Positions 24,690 through 37,499 are shown, numbered from the whole stretch's first letter. The stretch is 62,921 nt of DNA, filler included, from Octopus bimaculoides (GCF_001194135.2; 5 parts of 5 records of this genome joined end to end with filler, not necessarily neighbours in it); one strand, 5' to 3'. Numbers and translations: made by a program. The notes: generated by a model not told the origin, from the sequence alone.

Positions 24690-26420
24690 GTTTCGAATCA
24701 AACTAAATTTATACCAACATTGCTATCCTTTCAGAATTAGCTCGAACTTCTCAATAAGACTCTGTTTTCAAAAATTTCATTTGTTACATAAAGCTTATAA
24801 AATGGAAATATCAAGAATTTTTATTGCAGCATTTTTCAAAGCGTGTACTTAATACATTCCTCCTGATATGACTGTATCAATTCTGCTGCTTATATATTCG
24901 TGTTTTGATAATGAACTTTCAGTCTGGTAAATATGTATGTCTTCACAGTTCTAATATCTGATACAATACGTATACTGGATTTCTGCTTTTCATATTTGTA
25001 TTTGTAAATATCTGTCTTCCAGTTTTTTGTGTTGATGTAACGACCGGTATATTTAATTTGACATGTACCACAGCATTTTTCATCGCAAATAGAAAATTTG
25101 AAATTTATTCGATGATGTTTAGATCAAAATTCGCCGTCATCAGTAATTGTTATCAAGTTTTTCGGTTACATATGGAAAATACTGGAAGGACTGGTAACAA
25201 ACTTTGGCATCAAGTACTACATGAATGCCCGCACAGGTCGCCACTGCATGGCACCAAGAGTACCATCCACTGCATCTCACATAAGAACAAGGTACTGCAA
25301 CAGCCTCGGTTTCAGAGGACCTCAGCTCTTTAATGCCCTGCCAAAACAATTGAGAGACCTGCAAGACATGGATATAGAGGTCTTCAAAACAAAACTCGAC
25401 ACTTTCCTCTCCACGATACCAGACGAACCAATGGCTCGAAATGAGACGCAGTTTAGCGCAGCGATGTCAAATTCTCTTATACACCAGATGTGCCATCAAA
25501 ACTCTTGATTGGACTATATCAGGTGGAGAAGAGCCATGCAAGGAACGTGAAGAGAGCACAGTATAAAGGCGGAAAGTCATGGTGGTGCTCCAGTATGACC
25601 GCAGCCACTTGACTGAAACGGATAAATAAATAAATAAATAAATAAATTATCGTTTGCCTTTAGCAAGTGGTCGGCTGATAACTGAATTCATAAATTTCAT
25701 CACATTGTTTAATAAATAATAAGTAAATTTTATTTGATGACGTTAAAAGCATAATTATAATAATAGCTACAAAAGGCACTACCGGTCTTGTATTCTTTTT
25801 TATTGGGTCTTCATTTTGCATGATCTATACCATTTTGTATATATAAAGGGGAACTTTCCCTTTTGAATGGAAATTTTTTGAGTTCTGTGAGTTTTTCTTT
25901 GATATTTGCATCAATAACAACTGTACAAGTTTTCCTGTTTAGACAGTATAGGATGTTACGTTTTACATGTGCTGTTTGATTTGATTTAAATCTTAGGTAT
26001 TGACGTGTGTCTGTGTTTTTATATGTATACGTGCTGATCTTGGTGTTATTCTTAATAACAATTATGCCTAGAAATGGTAATTTTGTAGCGCTTACCTCCT
26101 TTGAAAATTTCAGGGTTTTCAAAGTAACCATTTTGAAGGGTGCTGAATCTTTTAAAAGTAGTTACCGGTTTGGTTCAAATTAGAAAACAGTCATCAAGAA
26201 ATCATTTCTATGAACCCTTTACATATCTTCTAAGATTGCTACCTTAATTTTCCTTTCCTTTTTGAAACAGTTTTTATCCCAAGTATTCCATTACTAAGTT
26301 CTCATATCCTGGAGTAAATTTGCTTTCCATAGTAGTTCCTCAAATCCGTAGATAATATATTTCCTTAAACAAGAATATATTGTTTTCAAGATTAAAACTG
26401 ACAACGCTCATTATAAAGTC
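24690..26420 (-). mobile_element. Penelope-like element (RT C-terminus + GIY-YIG endonuclease), decayed and interrupted
   Basis: Minus: MESKFTPGYENLVM (RT), KLPFLGIIVIKNNTKIST..YK.TDTRQYLRFKSNQ.AHVKRNILYCL (25811-26131); beyond the insertion QPKNL, CCGTCQI, NMKSRNPVYVLY, and ILIFPFYKL at 24770-25160. Confidence 0.75.
25170..25646 (+). mobile_element. CR1/L2-group LINE 3' fragment with (TAAA)n tail
   Basis: RTGRHC..PRV....SHIRTRYCNSLGFRGPQLFNALPKQLR...FKTKLDTFLSTIPDEP...A.SNSLIHQ, then a 3' UTR and (TAAA)n at ~25622-25646. Confidence 0.75.
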
Positions 26421-27367
26421 CAGCGTAAATCTACTGAGAATCGCTCGCTTTGTTTTTCGGCAGTTATTTTTAAATTATGTGAAATATTTGAGTAGAGTTC
26501 TGCTACATCAAAACTACCCGGCAACGAATTTAATTTTATTACTTCTAGATAGATGAAACAGGGAATTAATGTCCTCCTGGAAGACGATCGGTATGGATGT
26601 GTACACTGGTTTCAAAATAATGATGAACCTCAAACTTTGTCAAAACTACTAAGATTAACGCCTACAAACAACCAGCCATCAAGATTAAAATAGTGAGGAT
26701 GAGTGTAAATCATATATCTACAACCCCCTCCCCCCAAAAAAAACGTCCAAAACAGGAAAAATCTTGAATGGTTCCAAATGGAACTTTCAACGTAGTTTTG
26801 CTCAATAAGGGCTGGTCTGGGCCTAGACATGATCACCGTCAATAAGAATTAAGTATTTTGAAGAATTACATGAAGATACCAAAGATACATTTTTATGGTA
26901 ATAACAATAGAAAAGGAAAGATAAATTACATAATAGAAGTCAGTGATGTCTTGAATGAAAATACTATCGTTTTTAAAAGAAAAGATTTCTCGTATAGTCT
27001 GTGAGTGATTGTGCAAGATAAGTTTAACATTTGATGGATTGTGTCACACAGATGCAACCTAGGTGTGTCAGAGCCAATGGGAATACAAATGGAAACGATT
27101 TTGGGACGCAGATGTGAAATCACGTTCTGATGTTACTTGTATTTTTCCGTAACTGACTTCTACACTGAGATGCTGAACTGAAGACAATAAACTAGCAAGA
27201 CACTCGTTAATAGTAGTGTTGTCAGCTGTTAAACCACAGTTCTGTTCACAATTAGAATTGAATATGTTAAATATCTGTTCGACTACGTGAACAAGGCACT
27301 GTTGGAGATAGGACAAAAACTTCAACCGCTGTGATCAGTCATGATACTCTATCAACTGTTGGCACTT

Positions 27368-27371
<4 letters not shown>

Positions 27372-27428
<57 letters not shown>

Positions 27429-27445
27429 TAATAATAATAATAATC
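27372..27445. repeat. (TAA)n microsatellite
   Basis: Direct reading. Confidence 0.95.
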
Positions 27446-27560
27446 AGATCCGCCCCCTAGCGTCAACGTCGAAGCTTGTTATGCCTCACTGTTAATAAAA
27501 CAAAATACAAACCGGAATGGTCATCGACCGGATTATAAAGGACCACTTACTCGGATAATG

Positions 27561-27660
27561 NNNNNNNNNNNNNNNNNNNNNNNNNNNNNNNNNNNNNNNN
27601 NNNNTTAATTAATTAANNNNNNNNNNNNNNNNNNNNNNNNNNNNNNNNNNNNNNNNNNNN
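27561..27660. other. Artificial scaffold join (44 N + TTAATTAATTAA + 44 N)
   Basis: Exact 100-bp pattern repeated four times; the 12-mer has stops in all six frames. Confidence 0.95.
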
Positions 27661-27739
27661 CCCCACCGTACTTTGTTCTCACCATTTGATTGCTAACGCA
27701 TACAGTATTTTGTATGACGCTCAAGAGAAATGAAAGAGT

Positions 27740-27775
27740 CTTTGATGTTTCGAGCCTATGCTCCTTTGCAGAAAG
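27740..27775 (-). ncRNA. Hammerhead-like motif with variant core
   Basis: CTTT-CTGCAAAG-GAGC-ATAG-GCTC-GAAAC-ATC-AAAG; homologous, with flanks, to 59395-59430. Confidence 0.4.
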
Positions 27776-27949
27776 GAATGAGGAATGAAAACAGATGGCA
27801 AAGGGTAAAAAAAGGAGAGAAAAACGTGTCTGGACTAACGGTTGCACATGTTGAATCCATATCTGTGCATACGCGCGCGCGCGTGCATGCGTGTGTATAT
27901 GCATACATACACGCTTGTAGCTGATTTATAAATAATAGCAATAATAATG

Positions 27950-28140
27950 GTTTCTAATTTTGATTCAAGGCCAACAGTTCTGAGGGGAAGTGGATAGCCA
28001 GTACCATTCAATACCATTGACTTTAGGACTTAATTGGTCTTTTATTTCACCGCATCGGCTACGAAAGGATGAAAGGCAAAGTCGATCATGACTTGATGTG
28101 AACTCAGAACGCCAAGCAGCGGAGCGAATGTCGCAACACA
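27950..28140 (-). mobile_element. SINE family B
   Basis: gaaaggatgaaaggcaaagtcga...tgaactcagaacg reverse head/core. Confidence 0.7.
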
Positions 28141-28929
28141 CATCTTTCTGCAATTTACGTTCTGCCTACAATGCCCGCCAATTGATACGTATAGTTGTAT
28201 CTAACCCCAAGTCATTCTTGAGCATAGAAACTTTTACCTCAATACGTTAAGCCATGAACATCTTGTGTTATTGTACATTTGTGCCATGCAATATCTAACT
28301 GTCCATCAGTTTTAAATCTTTAAGAGTATGGTTTAGAAGAAATTTTACAGCTATTTCTCGTAGATGAATTTAATACTTAGAGTCTCCTTCACTTTAGCCG
28401 AGGAAAATAGAGTTAGTTAGTTATTTAAGCACAGCAGGGTTTTTAAATAATAAGATAGCAAAATGGCGTATATCCAATAGAAAGCATTTGGCTTCCCACC
28501 AAAGCACTATGTCTGTAAGAGAAAGACATTTTCGATAATGAAAAAGCAAAAACAAAAACATTGCAGACAACAGAATTACAATTGAAGAATACAAGATAAG
28601 AATCAAGCAAATAACAATATAATGGAAATATTTCTCCATTTTAATCTTCGTATTTAGTGATGGTATTGTATGACAGAGGTGTATGTCTCCGTGTACGTGT
28701 GTTGAAATTCAAGAAGAGTTTGCTATTATTTCGAGCAGATCGAGCGACTAGATAGAGACTCTATGATTGATTGTTGTTATTTAACCTCAGGTCACCTCAG
28801 ATTGCATAGACCGATGACCATGGCTTTTTTTTCTTTCGGGCATTGTATATTTAAAACGGTTGAGTATAATCCAAGTACCATTTGACAACTATTTCTATCG
28901 GAATGAGAGAGCACATAGAGACTACGTGT

Positions 28930-29930
28930 TGATTATATTGTCATGGTGGTGGCTGAGGACAAAGTGGTAATGGTGACGGCGAAAATATTAATGGTATATT
29001 GTTGTTTCGTTGGTGGTAGTAGGGAGTAGTCGTGCACAATGGTAGTTGCTATAGTTACTAACCCAGACAGAGGTGACACTAATAGTTCTGATAGCACTAC
29101 TAGTATGAGATGATAGTATGTAATAATAATGGTAAGATGGNNNNNNNNNNNNNNNNNNNNNNNNNNNNNNNNNNNNNNNNNNNNNNNNNNNNNNNNNNNN
29201 NNNNNNNNNNNNNNNNNNNNNNNNNNNNNNNNNNNNNNNNNNNNNNNNNNNNNNNNNNNNNNNNNNNNNNNNNNNNNNNNNCTGATAGCACTACTAGTAT
29301 GAGATGATAGTATGTAATAATAATGGTAAGATGGTATATGATGGGGATGGTGTAGCAGTCTGATGATTTGATGGTACGTAATGATGAGGTATGATGGTAT
29401 GTTGACGGTGATGTTATCATGGTATGATGGCATATGATAGCAATGGTATGATGGTATGTAATACAATGGTTACAGTGATGGTATGATGGTAGGTGACGGG
29501 AATGGTATGACGGAATTCAATGGTAATATTATGTGTTGATGGAATAATGGCATATGATGGTGGTGATATGATGGCAGGTGGCAGTGGTGTGAATGTATAT
29601 GATAGTATGATGGCATATAATAATAATGGTATGATGGTATATGACGGAGATAATATGATGGTGTGATGGGGATAGTTTTGATGGTATGCAATGAAGAGTC
29701 ATGGTGGAATGGTGACGGTGATGGTATCATGGTATAATGACATATGATAGCAGTGGTACGAGGGTATGTGATTAGGATGGTATGATGGTGGTATGATGGT
29801 ATGTGAGGAAGTATCATGGCAAAAGTACGAAGATATGTGATGGCGATGATATGATGATGGTATATGAGGCGGTGGTATGTTGATCTGATGGTATGACAGT
29901 CTGATGCGTTGATGTTATGACGTTACGTGG
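28930..29930. repeat. Degenerate ATG/GGT-rich (ATGGT/ATGATGGT) low-complexity array
   Basis: Recurrent atggtatgatgg units. Confidence 0.85.
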
Positions 29931-30052
29931 CATTGGAGGGTGGTGGTATGATAGTAATTTGGCACGTGCTATGAGGGTTTGATGGTAATGCTGAAAGCGA
30001 TTGTAGTCGTTGTGAGGATGACTGGGAAATAATCACTTCAATAGTAAAATAT

Positions 30053-30089
<37 letters not shown>

Positions 30090-30242
30090 NNNNNNNNNNG
30101 CGCACACATGTATATGTCATGTTTCCTACAAGTCTATCAGGTTTGGGAAGATATATAAAGCACATTCACATTCTCTCATACATACTCACAGATGCGCACA
30201 TGTATGTATGTATGTATGTATGTATGTATGTATGTATGCATG

Positions 30243-30293
<51 letters not shown>

Positions 30294-30319
30294 ATATATA
30301 TATATATATACATACACGC

Positions 30320-30520
30320 TCATAGAGGGTGACGAGCTGATAGCATTGGCGCGCCAGGCAAAATGCTAAGTGGTATTTCTTCTGTCTGAGTTCAAATTTC
30401 GCTAGAGCGGACTTTGCTTTCCATCCTCTCTGGGTCCCTAAAATAAGTGGCAGTCAAGTACTGAGGTCGATGTAATCGATTTACCCTCCCCTCTAAAACT
30501 GTAAACTTTGTGTCACCATT
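30320..30520 (+). mobile_element. SINE family B
   Basis: A-box-like gagctgatagcattgg, gagttcaaatttcg, ctttccatcctctctggg, gtcgatgtaatcgat. Confidence 0.7.
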
Positions 30521-31822
30521 TGGAACCATGACACACACGTATATTACACATACACGCAGTATTAAGCAGGGCTTCCCACATACGCAGAAGTCAGTGGGAA
30601 CTATTAGACACTACACCAACACACACACATTAGAAATATTCATGTAGTTAAGTACGAGAGACGAAACACAATAAAAAACAAAAAGACAAAAAGCCAAAAA
30701 ACAAAAAAAAAGACACCTAATGAACGAGCATTCTATGAAAGGACAAGACACGACAACTATTTGCCAAAAATAAAAGTGGGCGGGTCGAAGTCAATGGAAT
30801 CACAACTATAAAACAACAACAGTATAATATANNNNNNNNNNNNNNNNNNNNNNNNNNNNNNNNNNNNNNNNNNNNNNNNNNNNNNNNNNNNNNNNNNNNN
30901 NNNNNNNNNNNNNNNNNNNNNNNNNNNNNNNNNNNNNNNNNNNNNNNNNNNNNNNNNNNNNNNNNNNNNNNNNNNNNNNNNNNNNNNNNNNNNNNNNNNN
31001 NNNNNNNNNNNNNNNNNNNNNNNNNNNNNNNNNNNNNNNNNNNNNNNNNNNNNNNNNNNNNNNNNNNNNNNNNNNNNNNNNNNNNNNNNNNNNNNNNNNN
31101 NNNNNNNNNNNNNNNNNNNNNNNNNNNNNNNNNNNNNNNNNNNNNNNNNNNNNNNNNNNNNNNNNNNNNNNNNNNNNNNNNNNNNNNNNNNNNNNNNNNN
31201 NNNNNNNNNNNNNNNNNNNNNNNNNNNNNNNNNNNNNNNNNNNNNNNNNNNNNNNNNNNNNNNNNNNNNNNNNNNNNNNNNNNNNNNNNNNNNNNNNNNN
31301 NNNNNNNNNNNNNNNNNNNNNNNNNNNNNNNNNNNNNNNNNNNNNNNNNNNNNNNNNNNNNNNNNNNNNNNNNNNNNNNNNNNNNNNNNNNNNNNNNNNN
31401 NNNNNNNNNNNNNNNNNNNNNNNNNNNNNNNNNNNNNNNNNNNNNNNNNNNNNNNNNNNNNNNNNNNNNNNNNNNNNNNNNNNNNNNNNNNNNNNNNNNN
31501 NNNNNNNNNNNNNNNNNNNNNNNNNNNNNNNNNNNNNNNNNNNNNNNNNNNNNNNNNNNNNNNNNNNNNNNNNNNNNNNNNNNNNNNNNNNNNNNNNNNN
31601 NNNNNNNNNNNNNNNNNNNNNNNNNNNNNNNNNNNNNNNNNNNNNNNNNNNNNNNNNNNNNNNNNNNNNNNNNNNNNNNNNNNNNNNNNNNNNNNNNNNN
31701 NNNNNNNNNNNNNNNNNNNNNNNNNNNNNNNNNNNNNNNNNNNNNNNNNNNNNNNNNNNNNNNNNNNNNNNNNNNNNNNNNNNNNNNNNNNNNNNNNNNN
31801 NNNNNNNNNNNNNNNNNNNNNN

Positions 31823-32035
31823 TCCCCGTCATATACCACCAGACTATTATTATTACATGCCATCATACCATCATTCACATTCACACCACCGCCGCCTGCC
31901 ATCATATCATCACCATCATGTGCCATTATTCTCTCAACACATACTATTACCATGGCAAACCATCATACCATTACCGTCACTTACCATCATACCATCACCG
32001 TAACCATTGTATTACATACCATCATACCATTGCTA
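31823..32035 (-). repeat. Inverted homologue of 29436-29650
   Basis: The reverse complement aligns collinearly, by eye, over ~210 bp, including non-periodic stretches (gtaatacaatggttac, ggcagg.ggc.gtggtgtgaatgt). Confidence 0.75.
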
Positions 32036-32094
32036 TGTATGTATGTATGTATGTATGTATGTATGTATGTATGTATGTATGCATGCATATGTAT

Positions 32095-32200
32095 CGCTTG
32101 ACAACCGATGGCTTACAAAGAATAAGTTCTGGGGTCGATTTGTTCGACTACAGACGGTGCTCCAGTATGGCCGCGGTCAAATGACTGAAACAAATAAAAG
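32095..32200 (+). mobile_element. SINE family A tail
   Basis: gcttgacaaccgatg...ctggggtcgatttgttcgact...gtgctccagtatggccgcggtcaaatgactgaaac. Confidence 0.75.
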
Positions 32201-32452
32201 AAGCCATCGTCTCTAGCTAGCTATGTGACACACGAAACCTGTGTCACGGCAGCTTTCGTCCTAATTTTGGGACTGCCATGTTGGCTTGGCGATAACTATT
32301 AATTTCCAGTACCGCTGCCGTAGTCTCCTTTAGAGAGACTTAGAAATATTAATAACTCTATTTCTGAAAACCAGTGGATAGATTCCACTGAAATTAGATA
32401 AATAACCTTCGAACAGACAGTCAGTAGCGCCGCCTGGCTGGAGCTTGGCTGC

Positions 32453-32499
32453 TCTGCATTGACAAGGGGCAACACCCTGAAACTAGTCTAGTCTGCAGA
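32453..32499 (+). ncRNA. Decayed minimal type-I hammerhead motif
   Basis: TCTGCA-TTGACAA-GGGG-CAACA-CCCT-GAAAC-TAGTC-TAGTC-TGCAGA: perfect 6-bp helix I, palindromic ACTAGT, GUC triplet; two core transitions and a 5-nt duplication. Confidence 0.5.
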
Positions 32500-33240
32500 T
32501 GCCAAACCAGCAAGGGGAAGCTGNNNNNNNNNNNNNNNNNNNNNNNNNNNNNNNNNNNNNNNNNNNNNNNNNNNNNNNNNNNNNNNNNNNNNNNNNNNNN
32601 NNNNNNNNNNNNNNNNNNNNNNNNNNNNNNNNNNNNNNNNNNNNNNNNNNNNNNNNNNNNNNNNNNNNNNNNNNNNNNNNNNNNNNNNNNNNNNNNNNNN
32701 NNNNNNNNNNNNNNNNNNNNNNNNNNNNNNNNNNNNNNNNNNNNNNNNNNNNNNNNNNNNNNNNNNNNNNNNNNNNNNNNNNNNNNNNNNNNNNNNNNNN
32801 NNNNNNNNNNNNNNNNNNNNNNNNNNNNNNNNNNNNNNNNNNNNNNNNNNNNNNNNNNNNNNNNNNNNNNNNNNNNNNNNNNNNNNNNNNNNNNNNNNNN
32901 NNNNNNNNNNNNNNNNNNNNNNNNNNNNNNNNNNNNNNNNNNNNNNNNNNNNNNNNNNNNNNNNNNNNNNNNNNNNNNNNNNNNNNNNNNNNNNNNNNNN
33001 NNNNNNNNNNNNNNNNNNNNNNNNNNNNNNNNNNNNNNNNNNNNNNNNNNNNNNNNNNNNNNNNNNNNNNNNNNNNNNNNNNNNNNNNNNNNNNNNNNNN
33101 NNNNNNNNNNNNNNNNNNNNNNNNNNNNNNNNNNNNNNNNNNNNNNNNNNNNNNNNNNNNNNNNNNNNNNNNNNNNNNNNNNNNNNNNNNNNNNNNNNNN
33201 NNNNNNNNNNNNNNNNNNNNNNNNNNNNNNNNNNNNNNNN

Positions 33241-33310
<70 letters not shown>

Positions 33311-35484
33311 CACTGGATGCAGTACGACCAAATTGTTAAAAAAGAAATTTGCTTCGCAATGACGAGCACTCGGATTCGATCTCACAGCGTTGTATCTTCG
33401 GCATCGTTTTACGACCATCAAACCCTCCCGCCATCAACCCATCCTGTATGAATTAAATTCGGTTGGCGGAAGCTGTGTGGAAGGAAGACTGTTGGATTGT
33501 TTTTCATGCTGATTCTACATGGAGTATTACTTACATTAATACAGGCATGTCTGTGAAATATCGGTCGCATACACATGATCAAACAACTGCATAAGCATAT
33601 GCATCGTTAAAACCGACAGAGATCCATCATTAACTAATATAATAAGGAACAACCGATGCCGAACATAAGACGTACAGTGCATAATTCACTTGTTGTAACT
33701 AACGATTGTACGACGCTACATAAAACCAACTCAAAAACAAGTTACATAAACTTAATATCTTTATTACAATATCCTCATATTTCACATGTAATTTGTGTAT
33801 ATATTCGCAAACAATGGGAGAAACAAATGGAAAACAGGACAATTAACATAAAGAACGACCTTTCGTCAGTTGTCGGCTGTCCATCTACTCCACACACGTA
33901 TGCATGTATATATATATTATTTATATTATTATTTGATTGAACCCCACGCATCCATTTCCAAGTATATATATATACATACACACACACAGGGAAAACACCA
34001 TCGTAATGTGCCTTGGCGTGCCCCACCTTTCTCACTGGGCGTGAAAATCTGCGTGGGAAAGGCCTTTATTAGATTAGTATTTAATCATTTGACACAGGAC
34101 CATAGCTACAGGATCATATTTAATAAGCATAATGTCAGGATCCTTTTCAGTTGTGCACTGATACCTCAACGCTCCAAGCACTGTCATGATGTACAGTTTA
34201 AAGTGAGTCCCCGGTGAATGGTCAATGGTCAATGCAACACACAGGCACAAGCAGGAGTGGTGACTTCCAACAACAAAAACACACGCTATACACACACATA
34301 ACACACACATATGCACACACACACACGCACACACACATGGACACACACAAGCACACATACACACACATGCACACAAACACACATAAACATAGAAATATGT
34401 TGAATCAACATAGGCTCACTTTAAGGTCAGGCTCAATAATCACAGATACTCTTTTAGAGACTGGGAAAGGTACAACGTTGCAACGTTAGCCAGTTACACG
34501 TGAGAATTAAAAGAGGATGGAACACCTTAGAAAGTCATCTGGAAATTGTTGGACTAGCCTGGACCATATCTGAAAGCAAGAACTTGTTGTAAGCTTTTAT
34601 TTGGCAGATCATTCTAAAAACGTCACATGATCCAGGTGCTTTTTTGAACTAAAAAAGCGAAATATTTGGATGCCCCACTCATGAATGGAAATACGTTTCG
34701 GCTACGTGATCTTCTTAGGGAACAACAAACATGTACTCACACAAAAGTGACACTCTTCAACCGTAGCAAACATCGATCCATAGGAAACAAGTCTACACAC
34801 CAGAAAAGTTATAGCTTATAGCTACATTTTGTTCCAGTTCTTTTTTACTAACACCGCCCCAACCATTATCATATATATATATATANNNNNNNNNNNNNNN
34901 NNNNNNNNNNNNNNNNNNNNNNNNNNNNNNNNNNNNNNNNNNNNNNNNNNNNNNNNNNNNNNNNNNNNNNNNNNNNNNNNNNNNNNNNNNNNNNNNNNNN
35001 NNNNNNNNNNNNNNNNNNNNNNNNNNNNNNNNNNNNNNNNNNNNNNNNNNNNNNNNNNNNNNNNNNNNNNNNNNNNTATATATATTTCCAGCTTTAAAAA
35101 GGCTATGAGCTTCCGGCCAGCATGTCTCAAGAGTTGTCAATATTGCTAAGTGCATTAGTCGGCGCGAAGTAGTCGGCAACATTCTGACCAGTTATATTTT
35201 ATAACCAGTAATATATGGCTCGACATGTATGTATATTCAATATGTAAGTATGTATGTATGTATGTATGTATGTATGTATGTATGTATGTATGTATGTATG
35301 TACATATATATGTGGGGATGTGTTTGTGTGTGTGTGTGTATGTATATATGTATTTATATATATGCAAAAAATCTATATTTGTGTGTGTATATGTATGTAT
35401 GAACATGTATATGCATAGATGTATGCAAGTATGTAAGTATGTATATATGTGTGTGCGTGTGTGAGTGTGTACGTATGGATATAA

Positions 35485-35531
<47 letters not shown>

Positions 35532-35943
35532 TAGATATATGCCTACATAATGATATATTCTGATTATTTCGCTTAGTATGTATAATTCCAGTGGATTGTT
35601 TTTGTTTTTCTTTTCAGAATATTCGGTCAAATGTATTAAATCTGAAAACATTTCAATTTTTATGTTAACAGGAAACGGCGAAGGAAATACTGGGATTCAA
35701 ATTAGCTCTCCTTTCGTTGCACTTTTTGTGTGTGTGAGGGGAATTAGTGCAAAAGAGTGCGTTTTTATGGTGTATGTGTGTATGTGTGTGTGTGTGTGTG
35801 TGTGTGGTGTGTCTATGTATGTGTGCTTGTGAGCGTGCGAGTGTGAGTTTGTTTGCATGAGCATGTGTGTATTGTATATACAGTTGCTCGAGTGGACAGA
35901 CAAACGCACACGCACACACACATACACACACATGCACACACGT

Positions 35944-35974
<31 letters not shown>

Positions 35975-35994
35975 CATATATATATACAAACATA

Positions 35995-36094
35995 NNNNNN
36001 NNNNNNNNNNNNNNNNNNNNNNNNNNNNNNNNNNNNNNTTAATTAATTAANNNNNNNNNNNNNNNNNNNNNNNNNNNNNNNNNNNNNNNNNNNN
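35995..36094. other. Artificial scaffold join
   Basis: 44 N + TTAATTAATTAA + 44 N. Confidence 0.95.
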
Positions 36095-36112
36095 TATATA
36101 TATATATATATC

Positions 36113-36410
36113 GGAGAACCCCTTCGGTCACGAATGACCATGGGATTGCACCTAGAAAGTTACCTTCCGAAGCACAAGTCCGGGCAAGGTTATTTATGGA
36201 AGACCAACAGTCGCCCATGCATACCAGTTCCCCTGTTCACGCCACCGATGTCATCCAAGGGAAAGGCAAAGGGACCGATGATACAGCTTGGCATCAGTGA
36301 CATCGCAACTCATTTCTACGGATAAGTGAACTGGAGCAACGTGAAATAATGTTTCTTGATCAAGAACACAACACGCAGCCCGGTCTGGGACTCGAACTTC
36401 CAACCTCACG
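36113..36410 (-). mobile_element. tRNA-derived SINE (separate family)
   Basis: Minus strand B-box GTTCGAGTCC followed by cagaccgggctgcgtgttgtgttcttga, the same head type as 54586-54680. Confidence 0.65.
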
Positions 36411-36433
36411 GTGTGTGTATGTATGTATGTATG

Positions 36434-36590
36434 GAGTGGCTGTGTGGTAAGTAGCTTGCTTACCAACCACATGGTTCCGGGTTCAGTCCCACTGCGTGGC
36501 ACCTTGGGCAAGTGTCTTCTACTATAGCCTCGAGCCGACCAAAGCCTTGTGAGTGGATTTGGTAGACAGAAACTGAAAGAAGCCCGTCGT
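36434..36590 (+). mobile_element. SINE family A head/body, little diverged
   Basis: TGGCTGTGTGGTAAG A-box, GGTTCAGTCCC B-box-like, ccttgggcaagtgtcttctactatagcc...gaaactgaaagaagcccgtcg then (TA)n. Confidence 0.85.
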
Positions 36591-37169
36591 ATATATATAT
36601 ATATATATATATATNNNNNNNNNNNNNNNNNNNNNNNNNNNNNNNNNNNNNNNNNNNNNNNNNNNNNNNNNNNNNNNNNNNNNNNNNNNNNNNNNNNNNN
36701 NNNNNNNNNNNNNNNNNNNNNNNNNNNNNNNNNNNNNNNNNNNNNNNNNNNNNNNNNNNNNNNNNNNNNNNNNNNNNNNNNNNNNNNNNNNNNNNNNNNN
36801 NNNNNNNNNNNNNNNNNNNNNNNNNNNNNNNNNNNNNNNNNNNNNNNNNNNNNNNNNNNNNNNNNNNNNNNNNNNNNNNNNNNNNNNNNNNNNNNNNNNN
36901 NNNNNNNNNNNNNNNNNNNNNNNNNNNNNNNNNNNNNNNTATATATATGATGATTGCTTCATCTTGATAGATGACAGCCATCCCATTAACACACACATCA
37001 CACACCATTACACACTACAATCCCACCATTGATGAGCCCTCAGATGACGTTTTAAGAGTAGCTACTGACTGACAGGATTTAAAGCACAAGTGACATATTC
37101 AAGTTTCACTAGTCTACCGCTCTAACTTGTCCGGTACCCACAATTATTAATAATAGTAATTCTTTCTCA

Positions 37170-37300
37170 TTTTAACACACGGCCGGCAATTTTAAAGGAA
37201 GGAGGGTAGTCGATTACAACGACTGGTACTTTATTTTATCGACCCCGAAAAAAATGAAAGGCAAAGATGACTTGGTGGTGTTTGATCTCAGACAGAAATA
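37170..37300 (-). mobile_element. SINE family B fragment
   Basis: ggtacttattttatcgaccccgaaa..atgaaaggcaaag motif. Confidence 0.65.
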
Positions 37301-37499
37301 AAGTCACAAAGCATTTATTCCACCAAAGACCTTTAGACAATATTAGACACAAGAGAAGCAGTTTGTTAAGTGAACGGGCTCATCGGTTATATTAGCTTCA
37401 CTACTTAAGAGGTACTATATTTATCGACCCAGAAAGTACGAAAGACAAGGTTAACTACGCCAGAATATGAATTCCAAAAGAAACATTTTAGTGCTAGTA

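Noticed and set aside
24660-24730. Expected pLTR hammerhead downstream of the Penelope GIY-YIG (GAAAC-TATC present on minus)
   Set aside because: No CUGANGA box or helices could be reconstructed.
26870-27330. Moderately stop-poor region with protein-like fragments on both strands
   Set aside because: No consistent motif set (RT, piggyBac and others were considered) could be supported.
29089-29333. ~52-bp identical sequence on both sides of the 29141-29281 gap
   Set aside because: Same artefact pattern.
34688-34722. Minus CTAAGAAG...GCC-GAAAC-GTA hammerhead-like string
   Set aside because: Core lacks G5, and helix I and helix II do not pair.
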